From positions 8,030 through 72,029 of the forward strand of contig CAUJED010000023.1 in assembly GCA_963169535.1 (NCBI GenBank): 64,000 nt of DNA. The letters are read 5' to 3'. This document shows, piece after piece, positions 62,859 to 64,000 of the stretch. Source of the stretch: Bacteroidota bacterium (lineage in GTDB: Bacteria; Bacteroidota; Bacteroidia; Flavobacteriales_F; PHOS-HE28). Position 1 is the stretch's first letter; each line of letters begins with the position of its first letter. The notes below the pieces were generated by a model. That model had not been told where the DNA came from, did not search any database, and saw nothing but the letters and a program-made list of their open reading frames with translations. The position numbers were made by a program, and so were the translations under genes.

Positions 62859-64000
62859 GTGGCGAAGCTCCCTTGATCCGGGTGGAGGGACTCTCCAAGA
62901 AGTTCTGCACCGACCTGCGGACCTCGCTGAAGTATGGTGTGCAGGACCTGGCGGCCGAAGTGGTCGGCCGGGAAAGGAACCATGAACTCCGCACCAAGGA
63001 GTTCTGGGCCTTGCAGGATGTGGGATTCGAACTGCGGCGTGGCGAATGCCTTGGGCTGCTGGGCCGCAACGGGGCGGGCAAGACCACGCTGCTGAAGATG
63101 CTCAACGGCCTGATGAAGCCCGACAAGGGCCGCATCGAGCTCCGTGGACGCATCGGTGCGCTCATCGCCCTCGGCGCGGGTTTCAACCCGGTGCTCACCG
63201 GGCGCGAGAACATCTTCGTCAATGCCGCCGTGCTTGGCATACCACGCCAGGTGGTACGGCAACGGTTGGATGAGGTGGTGGCCTTCGCCGAGCTGGAGCA
63301 GTTCATCGACATGCCCGTGCAGAACTACAGCTCGGGTATGAACGTGCGCCTCGGATTCTCCGTGGCCGCCGTACTGTTGGAGCCCGACATCCTCTTCCTC
63401 GACGAGGTGCTCGCCGTGGGCGACATCGGCTTTGCCATGAAGTGCCTCAACCGCGTGCGTGAGATCATGGCCCACTCCGCTGTGATCTTCGTATCGCACA
63501 GCATGCCCATGGTGTCCACCTTCTGCACCCGCGCTTTGGTGATGCAGAAGGGCCAACTGATGATGGATACCACCAACCTGGGTGAGGCCATGGACCGGTA
63601 CATGAGCGCCTTCACCGTGGATCGCCGGATCACCGGCACCGGAGGGGCCGAGGTTCTCGACCTTCAGCTCCTGGTGGACGACAAGCCCTTACAGGACCCC
63701 GAACCCGTGGTGGACCAAGGCAAGGAAGGTGTGATCGAGCTCACCGTCCGCGTGGATCAGGGCGAACAAGCCGGCGTGAGCGTGTTCGTGGACGATATCG
63801 CCATGAGCCAGGTGCTGGCGGTCACCGCCAAGGACCAGGAGGGGCGGCCCATCGTGCTCGGTGGTGGCGTGCATCGGCTGCGTATCCCCCTGGGTAAGTT
63901 GGAGATGAACATGGGCACCTACTCCATCCTGGTAGGGGTCAAGTCCTTCGTCAGTACCTTGTCACTCTGTCGCGTACAAGGCTTGCGACCGTTCCGGGTG
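62855..64000 (+). CDS. ABC transporter ATP-binding protein (Wzt/TagH-like), 3'-truncated by the window end
   Basis: Not in the ORF track because there is no stop in the window. My own translation from ATG 62855 (which overlaps the permease TGA) gives MSGEAPLIRVEGLSKKF...GLLGRNGAGKTTLLKML (Walker A)...YSSGMNVRLGF (signature)...ILFLDEVLAVGD (Walker B). The frame stays open to base 64000. Confidence 0.88.
   Translation, partial: MSGEAPLIRVEGLSKKFCTDLRTSLKYGVQDLAAEVVGRERNHELRTKEFWALQDVGFELRRGECLGLLGRNGAGKTTLLKMLNGLMKPDKGRIELRGRIGALIALGAGFNPVLTGRENIFVNAAVLGIPRQVVRQRLDEVVAFAELEQFIDMPVQNYSSGMNVRLGFSVAAVLLEPDILFLDEVLAVGDIGFAMKCLNRVREIMAHSAVIFVSHSMPMVSTFCTRALVMQKGQLMMDTTNLGEAMDRYMSAFTVDRRITGTGGAEVLDLQLLVDDKPLQDPEPVVDQGKEGVIELTVRVDQGEQAGVSVFVDDIAMSQVLAVTAKDQEGRPIVLGGGVHRLRIPLGKLEMNMGTYSILVGVKSFVSTLSLCRVQGLRPFRV

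Noticed and set aside
62264-63556. 430-aa minus-strand ORF
   Set aside because: Antisense to the Wzm permease and Wzt ATPase genes.
1-64000. Search for rRNA, tRNA, tmRNA, RNase P, CRISPR arrays, transposases, integrases, phage genes, toxin-antitoxin pairs or known defence systems
   Set aside because: None recognised by eye on either strand. The PIF1-like helicase stands alone without nuclease or methylase partners, so I do not call it a defence system. Absence should be confirmed with tRNAscan-SE, Infernal, ISEScan and DefenseFinder.

Overview
High-GC (roughly 60-65% by eye) chromosomal segment with clear Bacteroidota hallmarks: five proteins with T9SS C-terminal sorting domains, exosortase XrtF, OstA-like/DUF4924/OmpH envelope genes and TAnnTTTG -7 boxes. 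I call about 58 protein genes. They are densely packed, and many junctions are ATGA/TGATG translationally coupled. In order: feoA-feoB plus a Cys-rich micro-ORF; an orphan NarL-type regulator; a PIF1-like helicase; two tandem paralogous DUF1800-DUF1501 pairs; xth; DUF4260; pabA/trpG; a membrane protein-CotH-CotH/beta-helix module; OstA-like/DUF4924/OmpH; a large T9SS protein; a LytS/LytTR two-component pair; acpH; an mltF-like gene; a T9SS-exported PAD/agmatine-deiminase homologue; nitroreductase; usp; hsp20; a tonB-like gene; relA/spoT, then fur-STAS-purA-rsmF-like; fahA; an acyltransferase; DUF5819/HTTM plus a methyltransferase; glyA; the xrtF operon; and the start of an EPS export locus (Wzc-like kinase, FkbM methyltransferase, Wzm/Wzt, truncated at the window end). 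I recognised no rRNA, tRNA, CRISPR array, transposase, integrase or phage gene. The leads I rank highest are: (1) a 71-aa micro-cargo (signal peptide, PPPCWPPPC, then a P-I-D-G-G/TM/basic sorting tail) translationally coupled to xrtF; (2) an unnamed intergenic repeat family of about 155-195 nt with at least four clear copies, always placed with the same end against the stop codon of the upstream co-oriented gene, in one case supplying the last codons and the stop; (3) a single 163-nt, roughly 50% GC rod-like inverted repeat starting on the usp stop codon (MITE or 6S-like RNA candidate); (4) DUF1501 proteins that carry both a twin-arginine signal and a T9SS C-terminal domain. All family names come from motif recognition by eye and none was confirmed by a search.
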